64,000 nucleotides of DNA from Gammaproteobacteria bacterium (GTDB taxonomy: Bacteria > Pseudomonadota > Gammaproteobacteria > Steroidobacterales > Steroidobacteraceae), in NCBI GenBank assembly GCA_021323735.1, contig JAJPKM010000014.1:32173-96172 (forward strand), in the 5' to 3' direction. Of this stretch, positions 1 to 9,530 are shown piece by piece (within the stretch, counting starts at the first letter, position 1; every line of letters starts with the position of its first letter). The notes below the pieces were generated by a model that was given only the letters and a program-made list of their open reading frames with translations, had not been told where the DNA came from and made no database searches. Both the position numbers and the translations under genes were made by a program.

Positions 1-301
1 CAACAAGCGCAACGTGCTGTCCGTCGACGCCGAGACTTGCTACACGGTGACCTTGACCTGCAAGAACACCGAGGAGGCGCAGCTACGATCGGTCTTGCTG
101 CATGCGCTTTCTCGGGCCGAATTGGGTCTGCGACGGATCGACAGCGCCGACATCGACACCTCGAAAGTCGTCATCACTGCTCAGGTGCTGGCCCCCAAGC
201 GCAACGATGCGGCGCTGGAACAGATCGTGGGGCGACTGAGTTTGGAGCCGCAGGTCAGCGCCGCCGCGTGGCAGGTGGATCGGACCATTCCCGAGACTTG
301 A
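1..301 (+). CDS. 3'-terminal fragment of a gene running into the window; weak resemblance to the ACT-like C-terminal domain of MgtC/SapB-family proteins
   Basis: ORF is open to the window edge and ends at 301. Assignment rests only on loose resemblance of 'TLTCKNTEEAQLRSVLLHALSRAELGLRRIDS...' to the MgtC C-terminal domain. Confidence 0.35.
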   Translation, partial: NKRNVLSVDAETCYTVTLTCKNTEEAQLRSVLLHALSRAELGLRRIDSADIDTSKVVITAQVLAPKRNDAALEQIVGRLSLEPQVSAAAWQVDRTIPET

Positions 302-313
302 GTTCAGGCATCC

Positions 314-1462
314 ATGAGCGACGAGGACACGATGAGCGATGCGGATGAAATGCCGCCGGCGGCCCACGAGCATGTGTTCTTGGGCGTAGGTCATGATAAA
401 AACGAGCGCAAGACCTGGGCAGTCATCGCGCTCTGCAGCGTCATGATGCTGGTGGAGATCTTGGGCGGCAGCCTATTTGGATCCCTGGCGTTGGTGGCCG
501 ATGGTTTGCACATGTCGACCCATGCGAGTGCGATGCTGATCGCGGCGCTCGCCTACTCCTACGCACGAAAGCATGCCAGGGACCGTCGATTCGTGTTCGG
601 CACGGGCAAGCTGGGCGATCTCGCGGGATTCACCAGCGCCATCATCCTCGCGATGATCGCGATGCTGATCGGCTACGAGGCCGTGACGCGTTTCCTCGCG
701 CCGGTGCCCATTCATTTCGGCGAGGCCATTCCCATTGCCGTGGTCGGCTTGGCAGTCAACATCGCCAGCGCGTGGCTGCTGAGCGGCGACGATCACCACC
801 ATGGGCACGGTCACGGACATGCCCACCAGCACGATCACTCTCATGATCACGATCACTCTCATGATCACGATCACTCTCATGATCACGATCACTCTCATGA
901 TCACGATCACTCTCATGATCACGATCACGACCACCCTCACGAACACCCGCATTCTCACCAACACGCGCATGGCGAGGAATCGAGTCCGATCGCCGCTGCC
1001 TCAGCGTCGGACCAAGACGGCATCGATGCACGCGACCACAACATGCGCGCGGCCTATGTGCACGTCATAGCCGACGCGGCGGTCTCGGTCTTGGCCATCA
1101 TCGGATTGACGCTTGCCAAGCTCTTCGGCTGGCTGTGGATGGATCCGCTCGCAGGCATGGTAGGTGCTCTGGTCATCGCCAATTGGTCCTATGGATTGAT
1201 TCGCGATACCGGGGCAATTCTTCTCGACATTTGTCCCAGCGACACCATTGAGAAGAAGATCCGGACGGCCATCGTCGCCGCCGGTGATCGTTTGCTGGAC
1301 TTGCATGTGTGGCGCCTGGGACCCGGGCACTTCGGGGCGGTCATTTCGGTCGTCAGTGCAGTGGCGCAACGCGGGCCCGCGTTCTATCATCGGGCGCTCC
1401 GGGGATTCAAAGGCCTATCGCACCTCACCGTCGAGGTTCATCGCCAACCCGACGCGAGATGA
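314..1462 (+). CDS. Cation diffusion facilitator (CzcD/ZitB-type) divalent metal efflux transporter with an expanded His-rich cytoplasmic loop
   Basis: 382 aa; hydrophobic TM helices before and after a loop 'HHHGHGHGHAHQHDHSHDHDHSHDHDH...HPHEHPHSHQHAHG'; CDF-like C-terminal cytoplasmic domain. Confidence 0.85.
   Translation: MSDEDTMSDADEMPPAAHEHVFLGVGHDKNERKTWAVIALCSVMMLVEILGGSLFGSLALVADGLHMSTHASAMLIAALAYSYARKHARDRRFVFGTGKLGDLAGFTSAIILAMIAMLIGYEAVTRFLAPVPIHFGEAIPIAVVGLAVNIASAWLLSGDDHHHGHGHGHAHQHDHSHDHDHSHDHDHSHDHDHSHDHDHSHDHDHDHPHEHPHSHQHAHGEESSPIAAASASDQDGIDARDHNMRAAYVHVIADAAVSVLAIIGLTLAKLFGWLWMDPLAGMVGALVIANWSYGLIRDTGAILLDICPSDTIEKKIRTAIVAAGDRLLDLHVWRLGPGHFGAVISVVSAVAQRGPAFYHRALRGFKGLSHLTVEVHRQPDAR
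830..928 (+). repeat. In-frame 18-bp tandem repeat (cacgatcactctcatgat, 5 perfect copies plus a partial one) encoding (HDHSHD)n inside the CDF gene
   Basis: Direct reading of the sequence at 830-919 gives identical 18-mers, then a degenerate copy. Confidence 0.9.
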
Positions 1463-1466
1463 ATGC

Positions 1467-2651
1467 TTGAGATCTACCGTTCCCGATGACTGCGGAAAGA
1501 CGCATGCCGACACCGGTGAGTTCGACCGTCAGCCCCGAGGCTGGCGGCAGAGGACTGCCCATCGCCTTCCCGGCTTGGCGCTCACCGCCCTCTTGGCCGC
1601 CGTCGCGATCTCGGTAGGGCGAGTCGATTGGTTCGCTTCCGCGGGGATCAGCGCGCTCACCGTGGCCATCGTACTCGGTATGTTGGTGGGAAATACGCTG
1701 TACCCCCGCTTTGCTCACACCGGCGCCGCCGGCGTGACCTTTTCCAAGCAGACCTTGCTACGGCTGGGCATCATTCTGTACGGCGTGAGGCTGACGTTTC
1801 AGGACATCGCTCACGTCGGCATTGCCGGTGTGGCAATCGATGTCCTGGTGTTGAGCAGCACCTTCATATTGTCGTGGTGGATGGGAACCCGGCTGTTCAA
1901 ATTGGATCGCGAGACCGCTGTGCTCATCGGGGCCGGCAGCGCGATCTGCGGGGCAGCCGCCGTGATGGCAACCGAACCGGTGGTACGCGGTCGCGCCGAA
2001 CAGGTCACCGTCGCGGTATCGACCGTGGTGGTATTCGGTACTGTCGCAATCTTTCTATACCCCGCCCTCTATCACTTCATCCATCAGAGCCATCCTCTGG
2101 CCATGTCGCCTGCGTTCTATGGCATTTTTACCGGATCGACGGTTCATGAAGTGGCGCAAGTCGTTGCCGCGGGCAGGTCGATCGGCGAAAACGCAGCCAA
2201 CACGGCCGTCATCACCAAGATGGTACGCGTCATGATGTTGGCGCCCTTCCTGGCCATCCTCTCCACGGTGCTGGCACGCACCGGCGCGCGCCCCACGCCA
2301 CGACCGAGCGAGGCGTTCCAACCGGGCGGCGCCCTGCCGCCGATCGGTGCGAGCCAATCGAGCCACGCGCACCTATCAAAGCGAGTCGTGATCCCCTGGT
2401 TCGCGGTCGGCTTCATCGGCGTCGCAGCACTCAACTCTATGGTGGTACTACCCAAGGCCGCCGTCGCCGCAGCCGTTACTTTCGATACGGCCGTCTTGGC
2501 GATGGCGATGGCGGCACTCGGTCTCACCACCCATGTTTCCGCGATTCGCTGTGCCGGAATCAAGCCGTTGGCGCTGGCGGCGGCACTGTTTGCGTGGCTG
2601 ATCCTCGGCGGGGGCGCCATCAACGCCGTCGTTACGGCATTGCTCGGATGA
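1467..2651 (+). CDS. yeiH: YeiH/UPF0324-family inner-membrane protein (putative sulfate exporter family)
   Basis: Polytopic membrane protein with 'LLRLGIILYGVRLTFQDIAHVGIAGV...LIGAGSAICGAAAVMATEPVV...VTVAVSTVVVFGTVAIFLYPALY' typical of YeiH. The listed ORF start (1248) overlaps the CDF gene; the true start is probably TTG near 1467 or 1575, and is uncertain. Confidence 0.75.
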   Translation: MRSTVPDDCGKTHADTGEFDRQPRGWRQRTAHRLPGLALTALLAAVAISVGRVDWFASAGISALTVAIVLGMLVGNTLYPRFAHTGAAGVTFSKQTLLRLGIILYGVRLTFQDIAHVGIAGVAIDVLVLSSTFILSWWMGTRLFKLDRETAVLIGAGSAICGAAAVMATEPVVRGRAEQVTVAVSTVVVFGTVAIFLYPALYHFIHQSHPLAMSPAFYGIFTGSTVHEVAQVVAAGRSIGENAANTAVITKMVRVMMLAPFLAILSTVLARTGARPTPRPSEAFQPGGALPPIGASQSSHAHLSKRVVIPWFAVGFIGVAALNSMVVLPKAAVAAAVTFDTAVLAMAMAALGLTTHVSAIRCAGIKPLALAAALFAWLILGGGAINAVVTALLG

Positions 2652-5199
2652 CGGGAGCCCACGGCGCGATTTCGCCGGGGGAAGCCGACAGATACTTCTG
2701 TTCGAAAACATCGGCCGGCACGGGCTTGCCCAAGAGATAGCCCTGTAACTCATCGCAGCCCAGCGCTCGCAGCCGCTGCAGTTGTTCCTCCGTCTCGACC
2801 CCCTCCGCCACGGCATTGAGCTTCAGTTCACGGGCCAGATTGACGATGACCGAAACCAGCGTCAGCCCACCTCTTCCTGAAACCATGTCGGTCACGAACG
2901 AGCGGTCGATCTTGAGCGTGTCAACCGGCAGTTTGGTCAGATAGTTGAGCGAGGAAAAGCCGGTACCAAAATCGTCGATGGCAATCGTGACGCCCAAGGC
3001 GCGAATCGCACGCAGGCTGACGATGCTGCGGTTGACGTCCTGCATGATCAGGCTCTCCGTGATCTCCAACTGCAGTCCGGCCGCCGCATCGGGGGAAACA
3101 CCGACGGCCTGCTGGATTTCTGCGACGAAATCGGGATTGCGCAATTGCAGCGGCGACACGTTTACCGCGATGCGCACGACCGGAAGACCGTCATTGCGCC
3201 AGCGCATATAGTCTTCGACCGCTTTGCACAGCACCCACCGCCCGACTTCATGGATCAATCCGATCTCTTCGAGGAGGGGGATGAAGCGACCGGGCAGAGT
3301 CAGGCCGGACACGGGATCATTCCATCTAATCAGTGCCTCCGCCCCCGTCAGTCTGCCGTTTGCCAGATTTACCTTGGGTTGATAGTGCAGGACGAACTCG
3401 TTCCTTTCGAGCGCGCGTCGCAGGCGATTTTCTATGCCCAGACTCATCGCCACGGTTTCGGTCATTTTCTGCGCGTAGAACAAGTATCTGTCGCGGCTGG
3501 TCTTGGCTTTCTTGAGCGCCGCCTCCGCGTTTTGGAACAACGCATCGGCCTCGGCGCCGTCATCAGGAAATACGGCGACGCCGATCTTGGCAGCCAGCCG
3601 GTACACGGCATCATTGACGCCGAACTCGTTGTTCATGAAAGCCGCGATCGTCTTCTCAAGCAGACGCGCCACATTGGATTCGTACAGGATATCGGGCAGC
3701 ACGACGGCAAAATGGTCGGCCTCGATGCGCGCAACCAGATCGGCGTTCCCCAGGCTCTGCGCCAACCACTCGGCAACCTGCTTCAACAGTACGTCGCCCG
3801 CGGTCCTTCCCAAGCTGTCGTTGAGCTTCTTGAACCGCTCCAAATCGATCAGGAACACGGCGACTTTATGTCCGTCGTCGGCGGCCCTCAGCGTGTGCTG
3901 CGTGACCCGGTCGAGAAAGGACCGTCGGTTCGCCAGCCCCGTAAGCTCGTCATAGTAGGAGAGGCGATGCAGCTGCTCCTCCCTTTCGAAGTGATCTACC
4001 GCGAACGCAATATTTCCGGCCAGTTCGGTCAAGAGCAGCAGGCCTGCGGGGTCGAAGAATTCCGGTTTGTTCGTATACAGCGCAAGCACGCCGATTGCCT
4101 TGCCGGAGACGATGAGCGGAATGACGGCCAGCGAGCGAACGCCCGACTCGGCGTGTAGCTTCTGGAATATGAGACTTTCATCGTTCTTAACGTCATTGGA
4201 GACTACCGGCGCCTCCTCCCTGATCGCACGCGCAGCCATGGTATTTCCCGCCAGCGTGCCGTCGCTCGATGAGAAGTGGCCCTCGATGGCGGACCGAACC
4301 GGCTCTTCCACGCCTGCCCAAGCCACCGGTACGATCCTGCTATCTAGCGGGTCGATGATGGCTATCCAGGCCATTTCGAATTCGCCGTCCTCGACCGCAA
4401 TCCGGCAGGCGTGCTCGAATAGGTCCGCGCGGTTGCGGACCCGCACCATCAAACCGTTGATTCCCGTGACCATGGCATACAGGCGATTCAGGTGCTTGAG
4501 CCGATCTTCCACCCGCTTCCTTTTGGCTTGATCGATCGCCACCCGCCAACCCGAAACGGCGGCGATCAACAGCGCCAGCATGATTCCCGCGATCAACGCG
4601 ACTCGCGTCTCCCTGCTGCGTTTCACAGCCATCGAATTGCGGTCGCGCAGCAGCTGCTGCTCTTCGATCTCCATCTCACGAGCCGCGATTCGAAATGCAT
4701 TCAGGAGGGCGTCTTCCTGCCCGCTGCGAATCAGGGCCGCCGCATCCGGGGCGCCAGGTCTCTGCCGCGACTCAACCATCGAGTCGCCGCGTTGCACTAT
4801 CCGCTGCAGTAAATCGCCGGTGATGCTCAGGCGGCGTTGCTGATGGGGGTTATCCGCCGTCAATGCTCGCAGAGTGTTCTGTTCGTTGTCCGCCGACCAA
4901 GTATTGGCGCGTGACTTTTGCAGGAAGGCGTCGTTGCCGCTCAAGGCGAAATCACGATACGCACTCTCGATGTTCTCGACGCCCAGACGCAGGTTCGCGA
5001 TATGTTCCAGAACCTCATTTGCATGCTGCGCCCATTGGGCACTGTCGGCTGAGGCGAGAATACTGCGGTAGGCGACGATGCCAACGATCAGAAGCAGTGC
5101 CATCACCGCAGCGAACGCGGCCTGCACTTTTAGCGTCAGTGGCAATTTTATTTCCATCAAAATCTGTGATCCCAAACGCCGTTGCACCGTTGCATACAA
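2632..5199 (-). CDS. Membrane-anchored sensory GAF-GGDEF-EAL protein (c-di-GMP diguanylate cyclase/phosphodiesterase) with a periplasmic CHASE3-like N-terminal region
   Basis: 855 aa; N-terminal TM, helical periplasmic segment, second TM, GAF-like region, GGDEF-like block 'RIEADHFAVVL...GGDEF' context ('YRLAAKIGVAVFPDDG'), and EAL motifs ('EALIRW', 'QPKVNL', 'DDFGTGFSSLNYL', 'KIDRSF'). Confidence 0.9.
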   Translation of the reverse strand: MYATVQRRLGSQILMEIKLPLTLKVQAAFAAVMALLLIVGIVAYRSILASADSAQWAQHANEVLEHIANLRLGVENIESAYRDFALSGNDAFLQKSRANTWSADNEQNTLRALTADNPHQQRRLSITGDLLQRIVQRGDSMVESRQRPGAPDAAALIRSGQEDALLNAFRIAAREMEIEEQQLLRDRNSMAVKRSRETRVALIAGIMLALLIAAVSGWRVAIDQAKRKRVEDRLKHLNRLYAMVTGINGLMVRVRNRADLFEHACRIAVEDGEFEMAWIAIIDPLDSRIVPVAWAGVEEPVRSAIEGHFSSSDGTLAGNTMAARAIREEAPVVSNDVKNDESLIFQKLHAESGVRSLAVIPLIVSGKAIGVLALYTNKPEFFDPAGLLLLTELAGNIAFAVDHFEREEQLHRLSYYDELTGLANRRSFLDRVTQHTLRAADDGHKVAVFLIDLERFKKLNDSLGRTAGDVLLKQVAEWLAQSLGNADLVARIEADHFAVVLPDILYESNVARLLEKTIAAFMNNEFGVNDAVYRLAAKIGVAVFPDDGAEADALFQNAEAALKKAKTSRDRYLFYAQKMTETVAMSLGIENRLRRALERNEFVLHYQPKVNLANGRLTGAEALIRWNDPVSGLTLPGRFIPLLEEIGLIHEVGRWVLCKAVEDYMRWRNDGLPVVRIAVNVSPLQLRNPDFVAEIQQAVGVSPDAAAGLQLEITESLIMQDVNRSIVSLRAIRALGVTIAIDDFGTGFSSLNYLTKLPVDTLKIDRSFVTDMVSGRGGLTLVSVIVNLARELKLNAVAEGVETEEQLQRLRALGCDELQGYLLGKPVPADVFEQKYLSASPGEIAPWAPVIRAMP

Positions 5200-5546
5200 A
5201 GGGCGACGGCCGAGTCACGCAGGCCATCCGCACCGCCCGCGCCACTCAATCCTATTATTGTAACGCCACCGGTAGGCCCTATCTGAGATTGCCGTCCGAT
5301 TTAAGTACAGAGGAAAACGTCAGCGCTGCCCTGAGGTTGTCGGCCGCCCGGGATGCTCTTGGTCACCCTCAGCCCATGGAATCCCTGCTAGCGGTGTAGT
5401 GGGTTCCCTGTATCGAAGGAATATGGAACTTGCGTCGCACTGCGGCCGTTTTCCAGACCCCAGCCGGCCAAGGCCGATGCCGCTCCTTCGAGCCATCGGG
5501 CGCGCCGAGGTATCCGCCCGCTTCTATGCTGGAGTTCCGGCGGTTT

Positions 5547-6179
5547 TCAGATCGATTCCAGATAGGCGACCACAGCTTGTATCTGATCCTTGGTCAGGTC
5601 CTTGACGATGCCGTGCATCACGGGGGCGTTTCTCAGGGCGCTCTGAATGACGAGAATCTGTTTCAGAAGATAGGGCGCGTGTTGGCCCGCAAGACGGGGA
5701 AAGACGACCTGGCCTGCGCCGCTCTTACCGTGGCAGCTCGCGCAGGGGGGAATTTGCCGCGCTGGGACACCCTCCTCGAAGAGCCGCTTCCCTTGAGCGA
5801 TCAGCGCAGGATCGCCCGCCTTGCCGGTGGGCGCCGCCTGCGCCGCGTAGTAGGCCGCTATGCCTGAGATGGTGGAGTCGCTGAGCTGCGAGGCCATGCC
5901 CCACATGTATGCCTGCGCATCCGGATCCCCACGTGACTGGTCTTTGAAGGCGTGCAGTTGCGCTTCGATGTATGGCGCGGTCTGCGCCGCGAGATTGGGG
6001 AATGTTGGCGCGACGCTGTTGCCGTTGGTACCGTGGCAGGTCGTGCAGGTGTCGATGGTCTTGCGCAGCGCCGCCTTCTGCGCCGCCGTCATGCCCTCGA
6101 TGGTCTCATCCGCCGCATATGCCGCCTGACCCAATCCGACAGCGGCGCTCAATACCAACAGGACGAAGTGAAGTTTCAT
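5547..6179 (-). CDS. Periplasmic dihaem cytochrome c4 (Cyc1-like)
   Basis: Signal peptide 'MKLHFVLLVLSAAVGLGQAAYA'; two CxxCH haem sites ('CTTCHG' and 'CASCHG') with downstream Met ligand regions; about 210 aa, typical c4 size. Confidence 0.8.
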   Translation of the reverse strand: MKLHFVLLVLSAAVGLGQAAYAADETIEGMTAAQKAALRKTIDTCTTCHGTNGNSVAPTFPNLAAQTAPYIEAQLHAFKDQSRGDPDAQAYMWGMASQLSDSTISGIAAYYAAQAAPTGKAGDPALIAQGKRLFEEGVPARQIPPCASCHGKSGAGQVVFPRLAGQHAPYLLKQILVIQSALRNAPVMHGIVKDLTKDQIQAVVAYLESI

Positions 6180-6215
6180 GGTGTTACCTCGCGAGCCGAT
6201 TTGCGTCATCCCCAT

Positions 6216-7609
6216 CTAAAAGTTCAGCCATGTCAGAAGATATGTCGTGTTGTTGGCTGAGGCGTCTCGGCCGGAGCCGTCGTAGTTGATCTTGCCGCCG
6301 TTGAACTTCGTGTACCCCGTGTACTGGAGCTGGAGCTTCGTATTGAGCCAGGGCAAGTAATTCACCTCGAGGATGTATCCGCCGGTGTTGGGGCTGGAAT
6401 TTGCGCTGCCCGTCGCGGCGGCCGCCACATACAACAGCGGATCGCTGCTGCCTCGAGTGCTGAAATAGCCGATCGAGCCTCCGATCTTGCGCTGGTAGTA
6501 GTACTCGCCGGTGAGCTTCAGCGTCTTCAAGTTGTTGTCGATGTTTGCGGCAAGACCGTCTTGCACGCTCGCATCCAGCGTCTGGCGCTCATCGATATAG
6601 GTCGCCAGTGCCGTGAACAGATGATCTTCACCGATGAACTGATACTGCACATCCAGCGCCGCGTCCCGATACTTGTCGGTGGGCCCCGATAGCGGCTTAC
6701 CGTTGCCCGGCAACGCACGCGCCGTGAGTCCGTAAGCTCCCACCTCTAGGGAATTCCTGTCCCAACGCTGCTCGTAGGCCACGCGCCAGTAGGGGGCAAG
6801 AGCGTGCACCACATTCGCCTGCGAGCTGTCGAGCGGATGCGCGCCGCCCGTGATCGCGGACGTGTAGTCGGTCAGCTCGGCATAGAAGTGCTCATCGAGC
6901 CAGGCGTAGACGCCGAGCCCTGCCACGCTTTGTCCGAAGCCCCCGGCGCCGTTATCGATCTTCGCCGAGGTTATCGGACCCGGCGCGGTGTTGCTGGCGG
7001 AGTAAGGGAACCCCCACGCGGGCGTGGTGTTCCAAGGATCCTGAACGGTCGGATTGTTGTTGAGCGTGAGCCCGAGGATCAGGTTGTGATCGTTCCCGTT
7101 TACCCCGCCGAACGACCAGTGATGTACGTAGCGGATATCGGTGTTGTCGAATCCGAAATGATCCGCGGCGCCGTCATAGGTGATCTGCATGAAGGCGCCC
7201 AGGCCCTCCGCGATCTTCCCGGCGTAGAACAAGCTTACCTGCTGCGGAAAGAGCAGGTCGCCGTCCTTGGCGAGCGCGCCGCTGATGGCGCTGTCGGGCA
7301 GCGCCTTGTTCGTGCGGGTATAGGAGACCTGGAGCATCACGCTCAATGGGGGAATGGAATTGAGCGCGAGGGTCTGATTCGCCGCGGTATCGATTCCGGT
7401 CACCTGCTTCATGTTGTCCAGCACGTAGCCGTTGAGCTTGAACTCGCGCCCGAACGGAGTGAGCTCGGGGAACACGGTGTGGCAGGCGGCACAGGCCATA
7501 CCGGTCTGCCGCGCGAAGCTCGGAACCGCCTGGCTGGGAGCGACGGTTCCAATATAGAGTGCGGCGGCCAGAAACCAGGTCGGAATCGCAAACGTCCGTA
7601 AGCTCATGT
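6216..7609 (-). CDS. cyc2: Cyc2-like fused monohaem cytochrome-porin (candidate outer-membrane Fe(II) oxidase)
   Basis: Signal peptide, a single CxxCH ('CAACH') immediately after the signal, then about 430 aa of beta-barrel-like sequence ending in a C-terminal aromatic '...TWLNF'. It sits immediately upstream of the dihaem c4 gene on the same strand, as in cyc2-cyc1 of acidophilic iron oxidisers. Confidence 0.6.
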
Positions 7610-7801
7610 TCTCATCTCCCTCGAAACTGAAATCCTGTCGGCGTTGTCTTCGAATCGCAAAGTACCTGCGTTCGCACACAGCGTCTGTACGTAGAACCGC
7701 TTAGTGAATTGCGTTACTGGTGGGTTGCGTCACCGGCGGATGGCGACAAAGGTGACCATCGTCACAGCCGAGACGTTGCGCGGACGCGGAGTCTTAGGCA
7801 A

Positions 7802-8671
7802 CTACTCCGAACTCAAGGGAAGACGGAACCAAAATCGGCAGCCCTCGCCGCTCAAGTTTTCGTAGCCGATACTTCCTTCATGTGCTTCGACGATCGAGCG
7901 ACTGGAGGCCAGACCCAGCCCAGTACCATGCGTCTTGGTCGTGTAGAACGGCCTGAACAGACGATGCTGAGCCTCTTCCGAGACCCCAGGGCCCGAATCG
8001 ACGATGCTGGTTTCCACACCATAGCGATCGGGCGCCACGCCAACGCGCACATGAGGTGCGTGTCCTTGTTTGGCGGACTCGAACCCGTTTTGCACCATCG
8101 AAAAAATCACATGCTGAATCTTGACCCGGTCGACGCTGAGGACGGGGCACGGCGCGAGCGAGAGCTCGAGGGTTCCATTGTGCCGTGCGGACAGTAGTTC
8201 AAGCGCGGGTCGAAGTTCCAAGATCAACTCGTCGACCGCGCAGCGCGTTCGCGCAGAATCGTCCTGATCGAACATCCGCCGTAACCGGCGAATACCCTCG
8301 CCGGCGTTGAGAGCCTCTTGATTGATTTGCTTCAGCACCTCCAGCGCCTGCGGGATCATCGGCTGCGGCCGGTCGAGCATACGCATGCCTGCCTGCGCGA
8401 ATGTCGCGATCGCTCCCAGCGGCTGATTGAGCTCATGGGCCATGCCGCTCGCCATCTCGCCGAGCGCAGTGCGGCGAGCGATTTCGATCACCTGATTCAA
8501 TAGGGCTGCGGTTCCGCCGGATTCGGAGTCTTGATGGCTCAAAGGGATCACCTCCCCGACACAATGGCAGGAACCAGACTGTGCCACACCCTGTACATGC
8601 CGCGCATCCGTCAGGGGAAGTGCGTATGACTTGGTCGACGCCCTGATCACCGCCACCTCGGTATCCGACAT
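7802..8671 (-). CDS. Cytoplasmic sensor histidine kinase (HisKA + HATPase_c) with a short Cys-containing N-terminal segment
   Basis: H-box 'HELNQPLGAI'; N, G1 and G2 boxes ('DSGPGVSEEAQHRLFRPFYTTK', 'GLGL'); no TM segments; N-terminus 'SGSCHCVGE'. Confidence 0.8.
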   Translation of the reverse strand: MSDTEVAVIRASTKSYALPLTDARHVQGVAQSGSCHCVGEVIPLSHQDSESGGTAALLNQVIEIARRTALGEMASGMAHELNQPLGAIATFAQAGMRMLDRPQPMIPQALEVLKQINQEALNAGEGIRRLRRMFDQDDSARTRCAVDELILELRPALELLSARHNGTLELSLAPCPVLSVDRVKIQHVIFSMVQNGFESAKQGHAPHVRVGVAPDRYGVETSIVDSGPGVSEEAQHRLFRPFYTTKTHGTGLGLASSRSIVEAHEGSIGYENLSGEGCRFWFRLPLSSE

Positions 8672-8793
8672 AACCCGCGAGACGAGATCCGGAAATACGC
8701 ACGACCCACACTCTCGGATCCGGGATTTCGCGACAGATTTGTCCTAAACTGCGGGCATTCACGCTTTCCCGGTACTGCAGTTATGGAGCATCG

Positions 8794-9426
8794 ATGGAAA
8801 AGATCAATGAAAAAATCGCTTCGCCGACTGTCTACGTCGTCGATGACGACGACGGTATGCGCCGTGCGCTCGACACGCTCCTGAGCACGGTGGGCTACAA
8901 GACCTCGGTGTTTTCCCGTCCGCGCGACTTCCTCGCCCAGTACGGCGCCGACGCCCCCGGCTGCCTGGTGCTGGACATTCGTATGCCCGAAATGAGCGGT
9001 CTCGAGGTGCAGCAGCACCTGAACCGCATGGGATCTATGCTCCCCATCGTCTTCATCACGGGCCATGGCGATGTGCCGATGGCCGTTCAAGCCATGAAAG
9101 AAGGCGCTTTTGAGTTCATCCAAAAGCCGTTCAGAGACCAGGATCTTTTGGATCGCATCAATCAGGCTTTGAGGCAAGATGCGGAGAATCGAGCCGGTGC
9201 CGCGCGGCGTTCGGAGGTACTACAACGGCTCGAGTCGCTGACGCCCCGGGAACGCCAGGTGATGGACTTCATCGTCGAAGGCAGCGCCAACAAAGTGATT
9301 GCGATCGACCTGGGTTTGAGCGAGCGCACTGTCGAGATTCATCGAGCCAAGGTCATGGAAAAGATGGGCGCACGATCGGTGGCGCACCTGGTCAGGCTTC
9401 ACTTGACGTTGAACGACGCGTCCTGA
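8794..9426 (+). CDS. FixJ/NarL-family response regulator (REC + LuxR-type HTH)
   Basis: 'VYVVDDDDGMRRAL...LVLDIRMPEMSGLEV' receiver domain; C-terminal 'LTPRERQVMDFIVEGSANKVIAIDLGLSERTVEIHRAKVMEKMG'. Confidence 0.9.
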   Translation: MEKINEKIASPTVYVVDDDDGMRRALDTLLSTVGYKTSVFSRPRDFLAQYGADAPGCLVLDIRMPEMSGLEVQQHLNRMGSMLPIVFITGHGDVPMAVQAMKEGAFEFIQKPFRDQDLLDRINQALRQDAENRAGAARRSEVLQRLESLTPRERQVMDFIVEGSANKVIAIDLGLSERTVEIHRAKVMEKMGARSVAHLVRLHLTLNDAS

Positions 9427-9530
9427 ACCACGTGCTTTCGTTTCCCGGCGCAAGGGGCATCACGTCGCCCTCGTCCCCTGAGGACAAGATCCGCCCTCAC
9501 GTTTCCGCGCGCGCAACGATGGCAACCCCG

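Noticed and set aside
473-970. 165-aa minus-strand ORF 'MRVIVIMRVIVIM...' and plus-strand 801..1070 'ITLMITITLM...'
   Set aside because: Alternative-frame readings of the 18-bp tandem repeat inside the CDF gene; repeat artefacts, not genes.
1248-1466. N-terminal 73-codon extension of the YeiH ORF
   Set aside because: It overlaps the 3' end of the CDF gene in another frame and has no membrane-protein character. Homology to YeiH begins near residue 100, so a TTG start near 1467 or 1575 is more plausible.
3145-4158. 337-aa plus-strand ORF and other long ORFs antisense to the GGDEF-EAL gene
   Set aside because: These are typical stop-codon-poor shadow ORFs in high-GC DNA, entirely inside a well-supported gene on the other strand. 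The same reasoning applies to 7709..8197, 16022..16720, 19901..20281, 21980..22696, 57020..57760, 57971..58690 and 62663..63595.
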